Assembly: GCA_049999805.1 (NCBI GenBank)
Contig: JBNGIO010005394.1
Coordinates: forward strand, 42,576-106,575
Direction: 5' to 3'
Source of the DNA: Folioceros fuciformis
Taxonomy: Eukaryota
Length of the DNA stretch: 64,000 nt
Positions 1-12,031 of the stretch are shown in pieces. The number at the start of each line of letters is the position of its first letter. Position 1 is the stretch's first letter. A model generated the notes under the pieces. It had not been told where the DNA came from and did not search any database. It saw only the letters and a list, made by a program, of their open reading frames with translations. Made by a program: the position numbers and the translations under genes.

Positions 1-130
1 CTCGATTCCTTTGGATCAAAATCTAAAGCTCAGTGCTCATGATGGTGAAGCACTTGAAGATCCAACAATGTACAGGAAGATTGTGGGTAGCTTGATATAT
101 CTCACTCTATCTTGACCAGATTTGAACTAT
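1..130 (+). pseudogene. Ty1/Copia RT C-terminal fragment (separate element, window edge)
   Basis: Translates to SIPLDQNLKLSAHDGEALEDPTMYRKIVGSLIYLTLS*PDL, the Copia YRxxVGSLxYL..RPD motif. It is followed by unrelated pre-RT linker sequence. Confidence 0.8.
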
Positions 131-2407
131 ATAGCGATTGCGGGTATAGCGATCAACCTGATCCTATACATATGCAAGCACCTATTGGTCAATATCTAGA
201 TTCAAACGGGGAGTCAATGGATCTCTTACTTGATATGGAGGATAATGAAGATCATGTACAGGACCTTCACAGGCAGCAATTACCAGTATCTTGACTCTTT
301 GAGGCTGTGCCTGGAAAGGTATAAGACAATCCGTCAGAACACTATGATGAGCAGGACCTTGGCGCTGATCATAACTCCGATAGTGAAGCTGATCAAGTTG
401 TTGAAGAAGAGGATCCTGTTCCTCGACTCCCTCCTGAGCCAAGGTATCCAGTCAAAGAAAGGAGACCTAGGGATCAGTGGGAGGAACCACCTTACCAGTC
501 AGAAGACTTTCGAAGATCACTGGTAAATGTGACGAGTCTACATGTACCTGATGTGCGTCCTGACCCCCAGTCATATGAAGAGGCCATTAATGGTCCTGAT
601 GGAGATAAGTAGCATGCTTCAATTGATGAGGAATATTCCTCCCTTGTAAAGAACAACACTTGGGAGTTGGTGGATTTACCACCTGGGAGAAAAACCTATC
701 AGTTGCAAATGGGTATTTAAAACTAAACTTAAATTTGATGGCACTGTTGCCAGATATAAGTCTCCATTGGTAGCTCGAGGTTTTAGTCAGATACCTGGAA
801 TTAACTATGGAGATACTTTCTCCCCCGTTGTTAAGCCATCTTCGATCAGAATCCTGCTTGCTCTCGCTATTGAGTTCAATCTTGAGGTCCAATAGATGGA
901 CGTGTGTACTGCTTTCTTGCATGGTGAACTTGAGGAGAGCCTGTATATGGAGCAACCTGAGGGTTTTGTCAATAAGAAACTTGTCAATAAAGTCTGCAAG
1001 CTTCTCAAGACCATTTATGGCTTAAAACAATCTCCTAGAGCTTGGTATAAGCGCATAATGAAATACCTCAAGAAGCTTGGCTTTCTCCAGTCTCCTGCTG
1101 ACAGCAATGTGTTCATCATGGTTGCTGGAACTCTCTTCGTCATACTTGCTCTTTATGTAGACGATTGTGTTCTTCTCAGCAACAGTACAAAACAGCTCAA
1201 AAAGATTAAAGCAATGCTTAGACTGGAGTTTGAGATGACAAATCAAGGAGATTTGAAGTTTTGTCTTGGTATACAGATTCTGCGAGACAGGACAGCTGGA
1301 TAGATCACTCTACATCAGACCAAGTACTTAAAAGAAATCCTCAAGCGCTTTAATCTACAAGATGCTAGATCTATTGCCACTCCCTGGTCAGTGGGGGTAA
1401 AGCTGGCTGCTGAACACTCACCTCAGAGTCAAGCTGAGATTGATGATATGGCCGCAGTGCCTTATGCCGAGGCAGTTGGCTGCCTTTATCTTTTTGGCTA
1501 ACTGGACTCGTCTTGACTTCAGCTACTCGGTTAGCATGGTTTCTCAGTTTCTTAAGCAACCTGGTCGTTTGCATTGGACAGCATTTAAACTTGTCTACAG
1601 ATACCTTAAGGGCACCATTAACTATGGTTTGCAATACTCAGCGAGTGGGAGATAGAGCATGGAGCTTACCTCGTTTGCAAATGCTAACTGGGCTTTAGAT
1701 GCTAACACACTAGAATGAGTTTGTCAACTTACTCCTTTATCCTTTCCTCTGGAGCCGTTAGCTGGAGCTGTAAGAAACAGGCTTCCTTGGCCCTTTCCTC
1801 CACAGAGGCGGAGTAGAAGGCATTGTTTGATGCTTGCAAAGAAGCTGAGTGGCAGCGTCAGTTCTTGGAATCTGTTAAACAAGCCCAACCAGGACCAACA
1901 AAGTTAATGTGTGACAATATGAGTGCCATTGCACTTGTGTTTAACCCTAGATTCCATGCCCGCACAAAACATATTGAGTTGTATCACCACTATATCAGGG
2001 ATGTGGCTGAGAGAGGTGCAATCAAAGTGGAGTATGTGAGCACACATGATAACACTGTAGACATTTTTACAAAAGGGCTGACCAAGAGCAAACACTTTCA
2101 GCATCTGGCAGCCTTGGGTCTGCGTGAGTTTGCATATCCACATCAGTCGTAGTGGCAATTGTCTGTGCAAGGAAAAACATGTGTCACCAGTCTGTCCTGT
2201 CTATGTGCCTATTTCCTACACACACATTTAGATGAGTGTGTGTTTTTTTGCTTCAGATGGTCACTTGCTTAGGGCACAGGCTTACAGTCTTCCTGCATAG
2301 TAAACAAATTGCTATGTTAGTCCTCAATTGTCTGGTTCAATGGATGAAGCCTTAGCTTACCTATTTAGTCGTGAATAAACAGTTGTTAGTTGTGAGAGCT
2401 GTACCTT

Positions 2408-2944
2408 TCAGAGAAGCCTTCCACACAAAATGCATATCTTGCTCCGATTAGTGCAAGCATAGCAGTCACGCTTACCATGAGCTCTATCTCCAGTGGGAGA
2501 TTTGGGGTCTGCAGCTTGGTCCCTCATGACAGCCTGTTTTCTGCTTAAGTTGTCCAGTTGCACAGCCACCTCTGCCCTCTTTGCAATGAGGAGTTCATCC
2601 ACTTCCTTCAGTGTCTTAGTCAGCGCCTTTGATTGATCCAGCAGTTTGTTCACTATGGCCTTTGTCGTAACCTGAGGAGTGCTATCAGCTTCGTCTATCT
2701 CTACAGTAGTGTTGAACGCAGCCTCAATGGTGGTAATGCTGCGAACAGACAGCAGTGAAGACTCTAAGGATATCAAATCAATCACAGGGTTCCATGGCAA
2801 ACGAGCTGGTTGAGCTGGTGCCGACTCCTGCAATGCAATTGGAAGGATTTCTTCATGAAGTTGAGCTGCCTAGTTTGCTCGTCTTGCTGGATTCTGTCCG
2901 CGTCAGGAAGCTCCACCACCGCCACTGCTACCTGCGCCCTTCAT
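2408..2944 (-). pseudogene. Antisense accessory ORF in Copia 3' region (coiled coil + CxxC-x6-CxxC)
   Basis: Open frame 2408-2833 extends in frame to ATG 2944 (MKGAGSSGGG) through two stops (2903-2905, 2870-2872). It has a heptad-like helix KLLDQSKALTKTLKEVDELL and C-terminal CYAC..CILC. Confidence 0.5.
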
Positions 2945-3039
2945 TCTTCGTGACTTGGAGCTGAGAGCAAAGCCATCAGTCCCGTACTTCGAGACTCAGA
3001 TGTTAGAATTCCATTAAATCACGTTAGGTTTAGTGGGAG

Positions 3040-3192
3040 TGTTGGGGTGTAGAAACCCTAACATGATTAAATATACGATTAAGGGTTAGGTTAACTAACC
3101 AACCGACACCATACAATTTTGCTACTTAAACTCTTATTTGTTAATTAAATGTTATCTTTGTGAAATATGCTTTTGCAAGTTTTTCAGTAACA
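3040..3192 (+). repeat. 3' LTR of Copia 133-3192
   Basis: TGTTGG...TAACA directly after a purine tract; AT-rich. Confidence 0.6.
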
Positions 3193-4856
3193 GACTTGGC
3201 TTCTTATGCCAAAACACTTCGTATGGTGCCTTTTGTGGGACAGAGCTTGTGAGTACCCTATAGGGGGTTCTCAATACTTTTTCACCCTAACGAATGATTA
3301 TAGTAGATGTACATGGACTTTCCCTCTGCGCCTGAAGAGTGACACCTTTGATACTTCAAGGACTAGTTGCACATTGCTCAAAGGCAATCTGGAAAACTGC
3401 TAAAAATACTTAGGTCTGATAATGGGACAAAGTTCGTTAATGCTGCTTTTGACGATTTCCTTCAAGAACATGGAGTGTTAAGGTAGCTCACTGTACCCTA
3501 TACATCACAGCAATACGGAGTATCAGAGAGGAAAAATCAAACCCTGCTGGGAATGACACGCAACATGCTCATCTGGGCAGGTTTGCCTCAAGGATACTGA
3601 GCAGAAGCTGTGGTGATAGCAACATATATTTTGGGGATTCCTTCTCCTTTGCCAAGATGCAAGGCTCTCACACAGGTAAGTTTTTGAAACACTTTGGTAA
3701 TGGCTCCCTGTGACTTTCAGTGATGGACATGTCAATCAGTTTTCCTCTGTTCACATGCCCTAGTCTTGCATGCCATAGCACCGCCTCCTGCTCAACAGTG
3801 AGTGAAGGAGTAGCGGTGGAGTGAGCTACATGCTGACTAGCTGTTGTACGTGTACAGGCAATATCCAAGCGATATAATGAATTATCAGGGATGCCTATGA
3901 AGACACATCTGTGAGGAAGTGACTTATTGTAGAATGAGCAATGCTGAGAATCAGCCACCATTGTGAAGGTACCTAGACGCATAAGCTGGCTCGTGGACAT
4001 GAGATGCCATACTAGGCACAAAGAGAACATCTTCGAGTATTAGGTTTGTGTTATTATGTAATCTGAATACACACTAACCTTTTCCTTCTATATGCAGGCT
4101 AGTCTTAGATTGCTCATCACCTAAAAAGACCTTGTCATGGACATGAGCAAGGTACATGGATTTTTTCAGAGATATCTGCATGCACTAACTCAAGAACCTG
4201 GGTGGCTCTATGTGCAGCCGCATTAGGAAAGGGAAGTAAACAACTCCTTCTTTTTGCAGATGTGTGTGGTAGCCCCAGAGTCAAGGTACCAGCTCTCATC
4301 ATCATGTGTCGAAGTGGACAAACATATGGTGAGAACTTTGACTGGTGCCTTTTCAACAAGTTTGTCTTTCCCTGCAACACTTGCATTTAACTATGAGGTT
4401 GTGGTCATAAGGTACCTATGGGCATCAAAAACTATAGTTTCTGATGAACAGATAAGTACACTTACACCTAAACTAAGAGTGATAAGTGTAGTCTAAAATC
4501 TTGATGACGCTGACCACTATATGCAGGAGGAGAGTGCTATAGAGATCAGCAAGGGAAAAGACAACAACAAACAAGGTGCTGGACCTTGCCCATGCTGAGC
4601 TCCTAAGCATGCCACTCATGTCTACCGTGAACGGGCACAAAAACCCTAAAAATTAAAAATGTTTCATGTTCAAAAGACTTGTTCAAAGACAAACCCTAAC
4701 TATCGTATCCTATCCATGTGAAACGATAGATTAGGTACACCAATCACAAAGCTACATGAAAGTTTCAGGAAGAGATGCAAGGAAGAAAGCACCGCTTCAA
4801 ATCTGGGCAGGTTAGGCTCCTGCCGCTCTCGCTTTGCTCCTATGCAGTGGAAGAAT

Positions 4857-5503
4857 TCATAGTGCTGTGGAATGTGATCCAGAATGGGAGCATCCAACCT
4901 CCAAATCTCGCAGCTTTGCATCCATTAATCTGAGAAATCCAGCAACTTTGTTGATGTCTCTGTGGATGTCGTGCTTGCATTCGGTGATGGATTGCTTGGT
5001 GTTAGAATCCAAGCTGTCCACTCTGTCTTTGAGGACTTTTTGATTGGAGATGGCGAGGGAGAGTGCTTTCTTCACCCTAAATAGAAGCGCTTGTGTCTCG
5101 TTAACAACACTTGCTTGTGATCTGGTGGCGTTTCTGATGTATCTGTGCTCCGGCTAAAATGCAGGGTGCCGAGCAGGTGGTAATCTCTTGGCTCTAAGGT
5201 TGCGCTCATAATTAGGGTGTGGTCTGAACAAGTAATCAGATGATCCAAATGCCTCTGGTCGAAGAGCGTGGAACAAATCAGGGTTTTGCCCCCTCCTCTC
5301 ACAGCGCTCTCTCTAGGGACGATTTGTTGTGTGATTTTGTTCAACACTCCATGAATTGCCAGCACAAGAAAGTGGCAACAATGTTTTTGGCCAAATGGCA
5401 GGGTACTTGTATTCGTAGAGGTCCAACACTGTATTAACTTGTAGAGGTGCTGTGTGTCTTGATGGACGTCCTCCACGACGAGATTGTCTCGGAGGTCCAC
5501 CAC
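4857..5503 (-). CDS. Unknown ORF between PBS and gag (two overlapping frames, probable frameshift; coiled-coil C-part)
   Basis: ORFs 5072-5503 (143 aa) and 4857-5075 (72 aa) overlap by 4 nt in element-sense orientation. No gag motifs. Confidence 0.4.
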
Positions 5504-5520
5504 GATGAGAACGTCTAGAA

Positions 5521-5558
5521 CCCTAAACCCTAAACCCTAAACCCTAAACCCTAAACCC
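5521..5558 (-). repeat. Interstitial Arabidopsis-type telomeric repeat (TTTAGGG)5
   Basis: Five perfect CCCTAAA units plus CCC on +. Confidence 0.95.
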
Positions 5559-5573
5559 ATAAAACAAAACATG

Positions 5574-5585
5574 GCTCTGATACCA
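5574..5585 (-). promoter_or_regulatory. tRNA-iMet primer binding site
   Basis: gctctgatacca = reverse complement of TGGTATCAGAGC, abutting an LTR end. Confidence 0.9.
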
Positions 5586-5760
5586 TGCGTAAAAAGAGCA
5601 TAGGCAAGGGCATATAGAACTTTGATAATTGGAAATGAATTAATAATCTCAACGACAAAAACATTTAAATACTATCCATGTCTCTATCAACCAGACAAGC
5701 CTAAGTCCACGTAACCTGAATATAATCAACTGTGCATTAGGTTTAACTTCTAAGCTAACA
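5586..5760 (-). repeat. 5' LTR of Copia 3206-5760
   Basis: TG...CA bounded (tgcgta...ctaaca) and adjacent to the PBS. The far end is inferred; no partner LTR is seen. Confidence 0.6.
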
Positions 5761-8700
5761 AATAAGGAGGCTATTAACTATTCTTAGTTTTCAGCAATAA
5801 CTCAACCTCCCTAGCCTAGCCTATCTCCTCCCCTAGCCGTTGCGTAATCAACTCCTGGCCTCTCCTCCCTGCTCTCGACCTTATCTCTTCGTTGTTGCCT
5901 CTTGGAATCTTGCAAGGGTGAAGCATTAATAATGTCTTCAACAAAAGGGCACTTCACTCCCTTGGATACCACTATAGAAGGGTGGGCTAAGGCTGGATCA
6001 CTCTGCAGAGGAAGATTCTCTACTCCTCGAGAGTCCAAGACAGTCGGTAGCACCATCTAGCTGTCTTTCTTCAGGCTCTGATATTCTCCTCCCAAACACG
6101 TAGGGTCCCCATCGGAGTGTGTAGGATTACTCTCTAACTGCACAGTTTTGTCCTTTGTTGCGTGTTGCACCTCTTCTTGCTCTCTTCCCTCCTCCACAAT
6201 AGGTTCTCCTTCCTCCAGTTGTTCCCCTCCACCATTCGTAGGTTTACTCCCTTCTGTCTCTGCAGGTGGTTCGACAACAAGTCCCCCCTGTGGCGGTAGG
6301 TCCGCCAAATCAGTCAATGTTTCAGTGGCTTCTCTCGCCCATTCCTCTTCCTCCTTCTTAGGTACCTCCTCCCACTCAGAATCTTCTTTATCCATGTCAT
6401 TGTCTTCTGTCCATTCTGTCATGGGAGGTATGGATTTCTTCAGCTTAGCTCGGTCATCGTCATGAGGCTCAATAGCCTTCCTCTTAGCAATCTTCAATAG
6501 CTCCTGGTTGGTCTTCAAAATCTTGTTGTGTAGGTGCACCTTTTCCTCCTCCAAAGTCAGTTTGAGTTCCTCCAAATCCAAAGGGTCACCTTGCGCACAT
6601 TGCTAGTAGGCATCTCTCTCAAAGGTCAGTCTTCCTACCTTCAATTGTAGGGCCACATTCTCTTCTTGTAGGAGACGAAGCTGGGTTAGCAAACCAAACT
6701 AGATGGCGTAGTCCACTCAGAACCTACGCTTCCTGACAACCAACATCCTGTGAATCTAGGAGGCATTTTGAAGTTCCAAGTTCTCCTTTTGCTGCTCCAC
6801 CTCCTCAAATCGCAGCTGATCCTTCTTCCTCTCCTGCTGCAGGCGAAAGTGTTCTTCAGTCAGTCGTTGAATTTCTGCGTCGTTGTTCTTTACTTCATTC
6901 TTGCGCCCTTCCAACTGAACCTCCAGATTTCGTAGGTGTGACACCCTCTCTCACAGTGTAGCCTCATCCTACAGTCTCTTCTCCTCCAAAGTCACAACTT
7001 GCTGACGTGCTTCCAATAATTCAGATTGAGTAGTGTCGAGTGAGTGCTTCAACTCATCAATTTGGGCCCACAATTGATTCAATAGGTCTCCCTGTTGTTG
7101 GTTAACCTCCCTGAAATCCTCTCGTTGCACCGCCCAATCACTGAGGAATGCGCGTAGATAGTTGGCTTCCTCCTTCCCTTCTGTCTTCAGATCTTCTAAC
7201 GTCCTCCTTGTTGCCTGCCAATCAATCTAGTTGATCTTCACACAGTATTCCAGCATCTCACACAAGGGATTCTCTTGCTCTTTGTCTTCCTCCTCTTGTG
7301 GTGGGCATTCTTCAGGGGTTGGGTTTTCTTGGGTAGGTGGCTCCATCTCTGCTGGACTCTCCTCTGGAGGGGCTGCTTCCTTCTTTGTTGGAGTGACATG
7401 AGGAATCTGAATTGCTCCCTTCTTGACACTGGGGACTTCCCCCTCCTTCCGCTTGCAAGGGTCACTGCTCCTCCGTCTTCTTCCCTATCTGCGTTGTAGG
7501 TTGAGTCTAGTACTAGCATGGTAGGTTGGGTTTCCTGTCCCTCTTGACCTGTAAGCTCCACGTCTCTTAGGGTAATAACTGCAAAGGGTCTCTCTGCATC
7601 TGCATATTCATCATCTGTCAACAACTCTTCAATAGACCAGAGATGCACAAGGTAAGGGGTCAGATAGCAGGGTCGAGCTCCTCCTTCATTTGCAGAATTG
7701 GTTTGTATTAGCTTCTCCCTGTGGTAGTTGTAGGCTTTATACATGATCAGTCCCTAATCTGGTTTCTCCCCTTGAGTCACTCTCCATAGAAAATACAAGA
7801 AACCATTGCTGAAATAAGAAGTACGTTGGTAATTGACTAGACCCAAGACAATCTTAGTAAACAACTTGCACTTGTGGTCCTTGATCTGGTCTGTTCTCCA
7901 GCCATTCTTGGTCTTGGCCTGCAATCCTCCAACCAACATGTCCACTACTCCATCTGGTAGGGAAGGTGTCGAAGACCTTCTACCGTTTGTGGTTTTGTCT
8001 GCCAAGCTAATACCGTCACTCTTTGACTCAAACCTACCGTAGACCTGGCGAATGCTCTTGACTGTCTAGCACCGAGGGTCTGTCCTAGCATTCCGTTCAA
8101 GCAGAGCTGCCAACTGCTCATCCATCTACTGCAAGTTCCTGTAACATTCCACCACCAGACCTTGGTGAGAAAAGGCACAATGGCGCCCATAAATCCACTG
8201 CAACTGGATGTTGCCCTCTCTTGCCCAAGGTTGAAACTCCAAGAGGTCGCGAGGGTTCAGCTGTCCTCCAAAACAAGTGAAAGTTGGAATAGGTATCGCG
8301 GAGTTACTTCCTTTTCTCCCCTCCTCCAATTTCTGTCATTCTGTCCAACACGAGTTGTCTTGGTCGTCCTGGCCATCTTACATAGGCAATTGCTGTTTCT
8401 AAAAACACTGAGAGCCAAGGCCTCCTGCACACATCGAGAAAAGCTCAACACTCCTTGGACTCCAACTTGTGTTTCTGCCTATATAAGGCGCGCGCTCCTA
8501 CAGCAGAAAACGCTTCTTCATCCTCCAATCAGTCTTGTCCCTTCCTTTTGGTCCTTCGCGAGAGTTGGGGTAGGCGATTCGTCGTCGTCAAGAGCTGATG
8601 AGCGGGTGTAAGAGGCAGGCCGATTCGGTGATGGCGGCCGCTATGGAAGGTACTGGCCACGGGTGCATACCCCTTGTCGTTTTACTCCTGCTATGCATGC

Positions 8701-8940
8701 TCACACGTGTTCCAAATCTGCTATGGTTTCCCTAAGTATAGGACGTCTTCCCGTTATCTGACCCACCCGCCGCGTAGGCTTGTTATCCATAGATACTTAA
8801 CTAACACTAGCTAACAACTAACCCCTATTATCCTATTTATTTTGACTTAGGAGTTTTATTCTCCTACTAACAAACTCACAAAAACCCACTCTGAATGGCC
8901 GTAGGTCAACCTACCAAGGATCAGACCGGCCGTCCTAACA
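5761..8940 (+). mobile_element. 3' portion of probable Ty3/Gypsy (Tat/Retand-like) element with antisense ORF and 3' LTR
   Basis: Purine tract gatgagcggg precedes TGTAAG...CTAACA (8607-8940). Upstream lies a long decayed antisense ORF, the arrangement known for Tat/Retand elements. No pol is left to confirm the lineage. Confidence 0.55.
5811..8376 (-). pseudogene. Decayed ~850-codon antisense accessory ORF (N-terminal domain, acidic linker, long coiled coil)
   Basis: Collinear fragments 8126-8329, 7754-8005, 7238-7744, 6756-6944, 6057-6581 and 5811-6056. Motifs KNGWR..D and PCYLTPYLVHLW resemble retroelement-associated ORFs I recall from bryophytes. ATG at 8376; TATATA at ~8480. Confidence 0.6.
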
Positions 8941-9581
8941 ATTTCACTCTCTTTGATGAAAACACTGAATGATCCTGGAAAATTTGGTCAGACAACAACT
9001 TCTTGGACCTACAAAATGTATAGGTATGTTTGACGCGTAAGTTGACCACCAAAGACCAAGGAACACCAAACAAGACTCAAATAGACACAAACGAGAAGAG
9101 AAGACACCAATCGAAACAAAATTGGGCAAAACATCAATACAATAGGATAGGAGCCCGTCCCATAACCTGAAATTTCACGTTCCACACCCTTGCCTTTCGG
9201 GGCCTCTCGGCTTTTGTGGAAACAAAATGTTCTCTATGATATTGATATAGATAGCCGGGTAAGCATAGGCAACCTACAACAAAGGGCATGACCTTTGGTA
9301 CAAGCAACATTGCTTATATAACACATTGTGGTTGTAATGTTGGCTACAGCCATGATAAGGACTGTTATGGGAACAAAATATGGAATTTCTTAGGCTGACG
9401 CTTCTTTAGGGATTATCCCATTCCCATATATGGAATACAGTTCTTGTCACATGATCGTGTGGGTTACTAGTCCCCAACTATGAAAATGGCACATCTCCTA
9501 ACATTTGTATAGCACCCAATCACATAACTTCGTGAAGTGAAACTTGGTGGACAAGGTTGTTGTTATGGCATGCGGTGCCTG

Positions 9582-9853
9582 TGTAGGGTTATTAAAACCC
9601 AACATGCTTAGACTAATGTGTTTAGTCTAAGATTAGTGTCTAGTTAAGTATCATTTGTTTAGATTACCTTAAGCTAATCTGTAGGAAGCTTCTGGCGCAG
9701 CTTCCTGTGCGCTTCTTGTGAAGCTTCCTTGGGAGCTCTTCTATAGGGTATAAATAACCCCTTGAGCTCCCTTGCAATTAAGACTCTGTGTGAGAGTGTG
9801 ACCTCTCTTTGTCCTCTCCTCCTTCACCATGTGGCTTCTCTAGCAATCCTTCA
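9582..9853 (+). repeat. 5' LTR of element A
   Basis: TGTAGG...CCTTCA; near-identical copies at 21866 and 58888; followed by the PBS. Confidence 0.95.
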
Positions 9854-12031
9854 ATTGGTATCAGAGCGTGGGTGTGGTGCAAGATGGTGATGTCCCTGGG
9901 TGCTACGGACAAGGTGTGCAAGGCGGTTGTGAGGGAGGCATCGGAGTGAACTGGGGCTGTGTACGGCATCCCGGGGAACGTGGGGCGTCAGGAGCACGGA
10001 ACGCGGGTGCCCAAGATGCCCCAGGCCACGGAGCACCGGGAGATGGATGCCCCAACCGCGGGCCTCCCATCCCGCTGGGCGCTAGACATTGGGGGTGGCA
10101 GGCCCCGTAGCAAAGGTGCCAGGCCCCCGGTTGGGGCACCAGGCCAGGGTGCCAAGGGTACCAGAGCCCTAGGCCCCGAGGGCGCCGGGGGCGCCAAGTC
10201 GCCAGCCCGACCACGAGGTGCCGCGAGCGCCGGGCGTCGGAACGCCATTGCGTGGGCACAGACACGAGCGTCACGGAGTGTTTGATGCGGACACAATCAT
10301 CGAGACCCAGGCATTGAGGCGTGGATGACGTGGGCGAGGGCTAGACGGAATCCAGAGCCATGGGCGGCCTGATTTCGATAGGAGGATTTAGGACCGTCGA
10401 GTCGGCTTGTGGACAGCCGATTCGGAACAAGATGTGAGGGTAACTATCAACATCTACATTATATTTCGACTGTTTCTAACTAGCCTTTTGCTTGATTTGC
10501 ATCGATTTTGAATCATGACATCCTCATAAAATGTCATGTTCAATATCGAGAAGTTAGATGGTACTAACTTTCCGTTCTGGAAGAACAAGTGTATAATGTT
10601 CTAGTGCAGGAGAAGCAGATGAAGCCCATAAAGTTGCTAGGAGTGAAACCTGTTAGCATGACTCAGGATGAGTGGCAGGATCTAGATAAGCTTGCTAGGT
10701 CTACCATCATGCGAACATTGTCGAAGTCGGTCTACTTTAATGTGAACTTGAAAGACAAGACCACGAGTTACGAGCTATGGCAGAAGTTGTGTGACCTATA
10801 TGAGAAGCAAAGTGTGGCTTCTCAGGTGTACTGGTTGAAATAGTTGGTGGACTTGAAGATGAAGGAAGGGACGAGGATGCCCGATCATCTAAATGAGTTC
10901 AATACCATTTTCAGCCAGCTCTCATCTCAAGGTATCTCGTTTCCAGATTCTGTGAGAGCTATGTTTCTGTTGGTCACATTACCAGAGAGTTGGGACACCT
11001 TTCATACAACTCTGAGTAATTTCGTTCCTGCTAGTGGTCTCACCATTGTAAATGTAGAAGGTAGCCTGTTAACAGAGGAGGTGAACAGGAAGAATATGGA
11101 ACCTTCAAAAGGTTCCAATGCCCTCATGGTGAGAGGAAGGTCTACTTCAAAGGGGAAGTACAAGGAGTGAAGTCTTTCCCATAGCAAATCTCGTGGTCGT
11201 AACAATGTTGAGTGTTACCATTGTCACAAGAAGGGTCACATCAGGAAGGACTACGAGAAGTTCAAGAAGGACAAAGGAAAGAAGAAGAAGCAGAGCGACA
11301 ACAAGGCAAGTCCGAGTATCAAGCATGATGAGGTGAATTCTGTTGACGATGGAGATATTCGTATCTCTTCTTCTTTCGATTCTACACAACTAATAGCCGT
11401 GGAGAGTCACTTATTCTCTAATTGGATAATTGACTCTAGAGCATCTTTCCATGTTACTCCGCATAGGGAGTGGTTTAGAACTTATGATGCTACTAAGAAA
11501 GGATGTGTTCAGCTTGGAAATAACTACGCTTGCAAGATTGCAGGCATTGGTGATGTGCAGCTGAAGTTTGAGAACGGATCTTCATTCATGCTAAAGGATG
11601 TTAGGCATGTTCCGAAGTTGACAAAAAACATGATTAGCGTAGGGCAGTTGGATAATGCTGGCTACCACTTCAGATTTGAAGATCATTCTTGGAAGATCTC
11701 TAAAGGTCCTCTTGTGTTAGCTCGTGGATTGAAGTGTGGCACTTTGTACTCACTTTAGGTAACCACTGTCGAGGATCATGTGATTTGTGTAACGGAACAG
11801 CCAAATGTTTCTTTGTGGCATTGTCGATTAGGACATATGTCTCGAAAAGGAATGAAGATCTTATCTCATTTTGGTTACGTCCCTGCTTTTGACTTCTCCA
11901 ATTTCTCCGTGTGTGAGCATTGTTTGTATGGGAAACAGACAAAGTCACCACATGGAGCAAGAGGTAAACACAAAAGTAAACCTCTTGAATTGGTTCTCAG
12001 TGACGTATGTGGACCTATGCCCACTGTATCA

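Larger units (their letters stand above)
133..3192 (+). mobile_element. 5'-truncated, decayed Ty1/Copia LTR retrotransposon (RT, RNase H, 3' region, 3' LTR)
   Basis: RT motifs MDVCTAFLHG, YGLKQSPRAW and LYVDD (896-1303). RNase H CDNMSAI and ARTKHIE (1823-2152). Several stops and frameshifts. Purine tract tagtgggag precedes a TG...CA LTR. Confidence 0.9.
3206..5760 (-). mobile_element. Scrambled Ty1/Copia element (5' LTR, PBS, telomeric tract, extra ORF, gag/PR/INT fragments)
   Basis: LTR 5586-5760 and PBS 5574-5585. Minus strand carries protease WYLDSGATTHIC (~4260-4295), INT start LELVHADI (~4170-4195) and GAG-pre-integrase LWHARLGH (~3755-3780). The integrase core (GGSQYFF, LRSDNG, QQYGVSERKN) lies inverted on + at ~3255-3630. 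Confidence 0.75.

Noticed and set aside
5072-5585. Endogenous caulimovirus (TGGTATCAGAGC followed by a novel ORF)
   Set aside because: The PBS abuts a TG...CA LTR and the downstream fragments are Copia PR/INT. No movement or coat protein motifs are seen.
9868-10296. Multiple overlapping Gly/Pro/Arg-rich ORFs
   Set aside because: Expected from stop-codon scarcity in a GC-rich leader; no recognisable domain.
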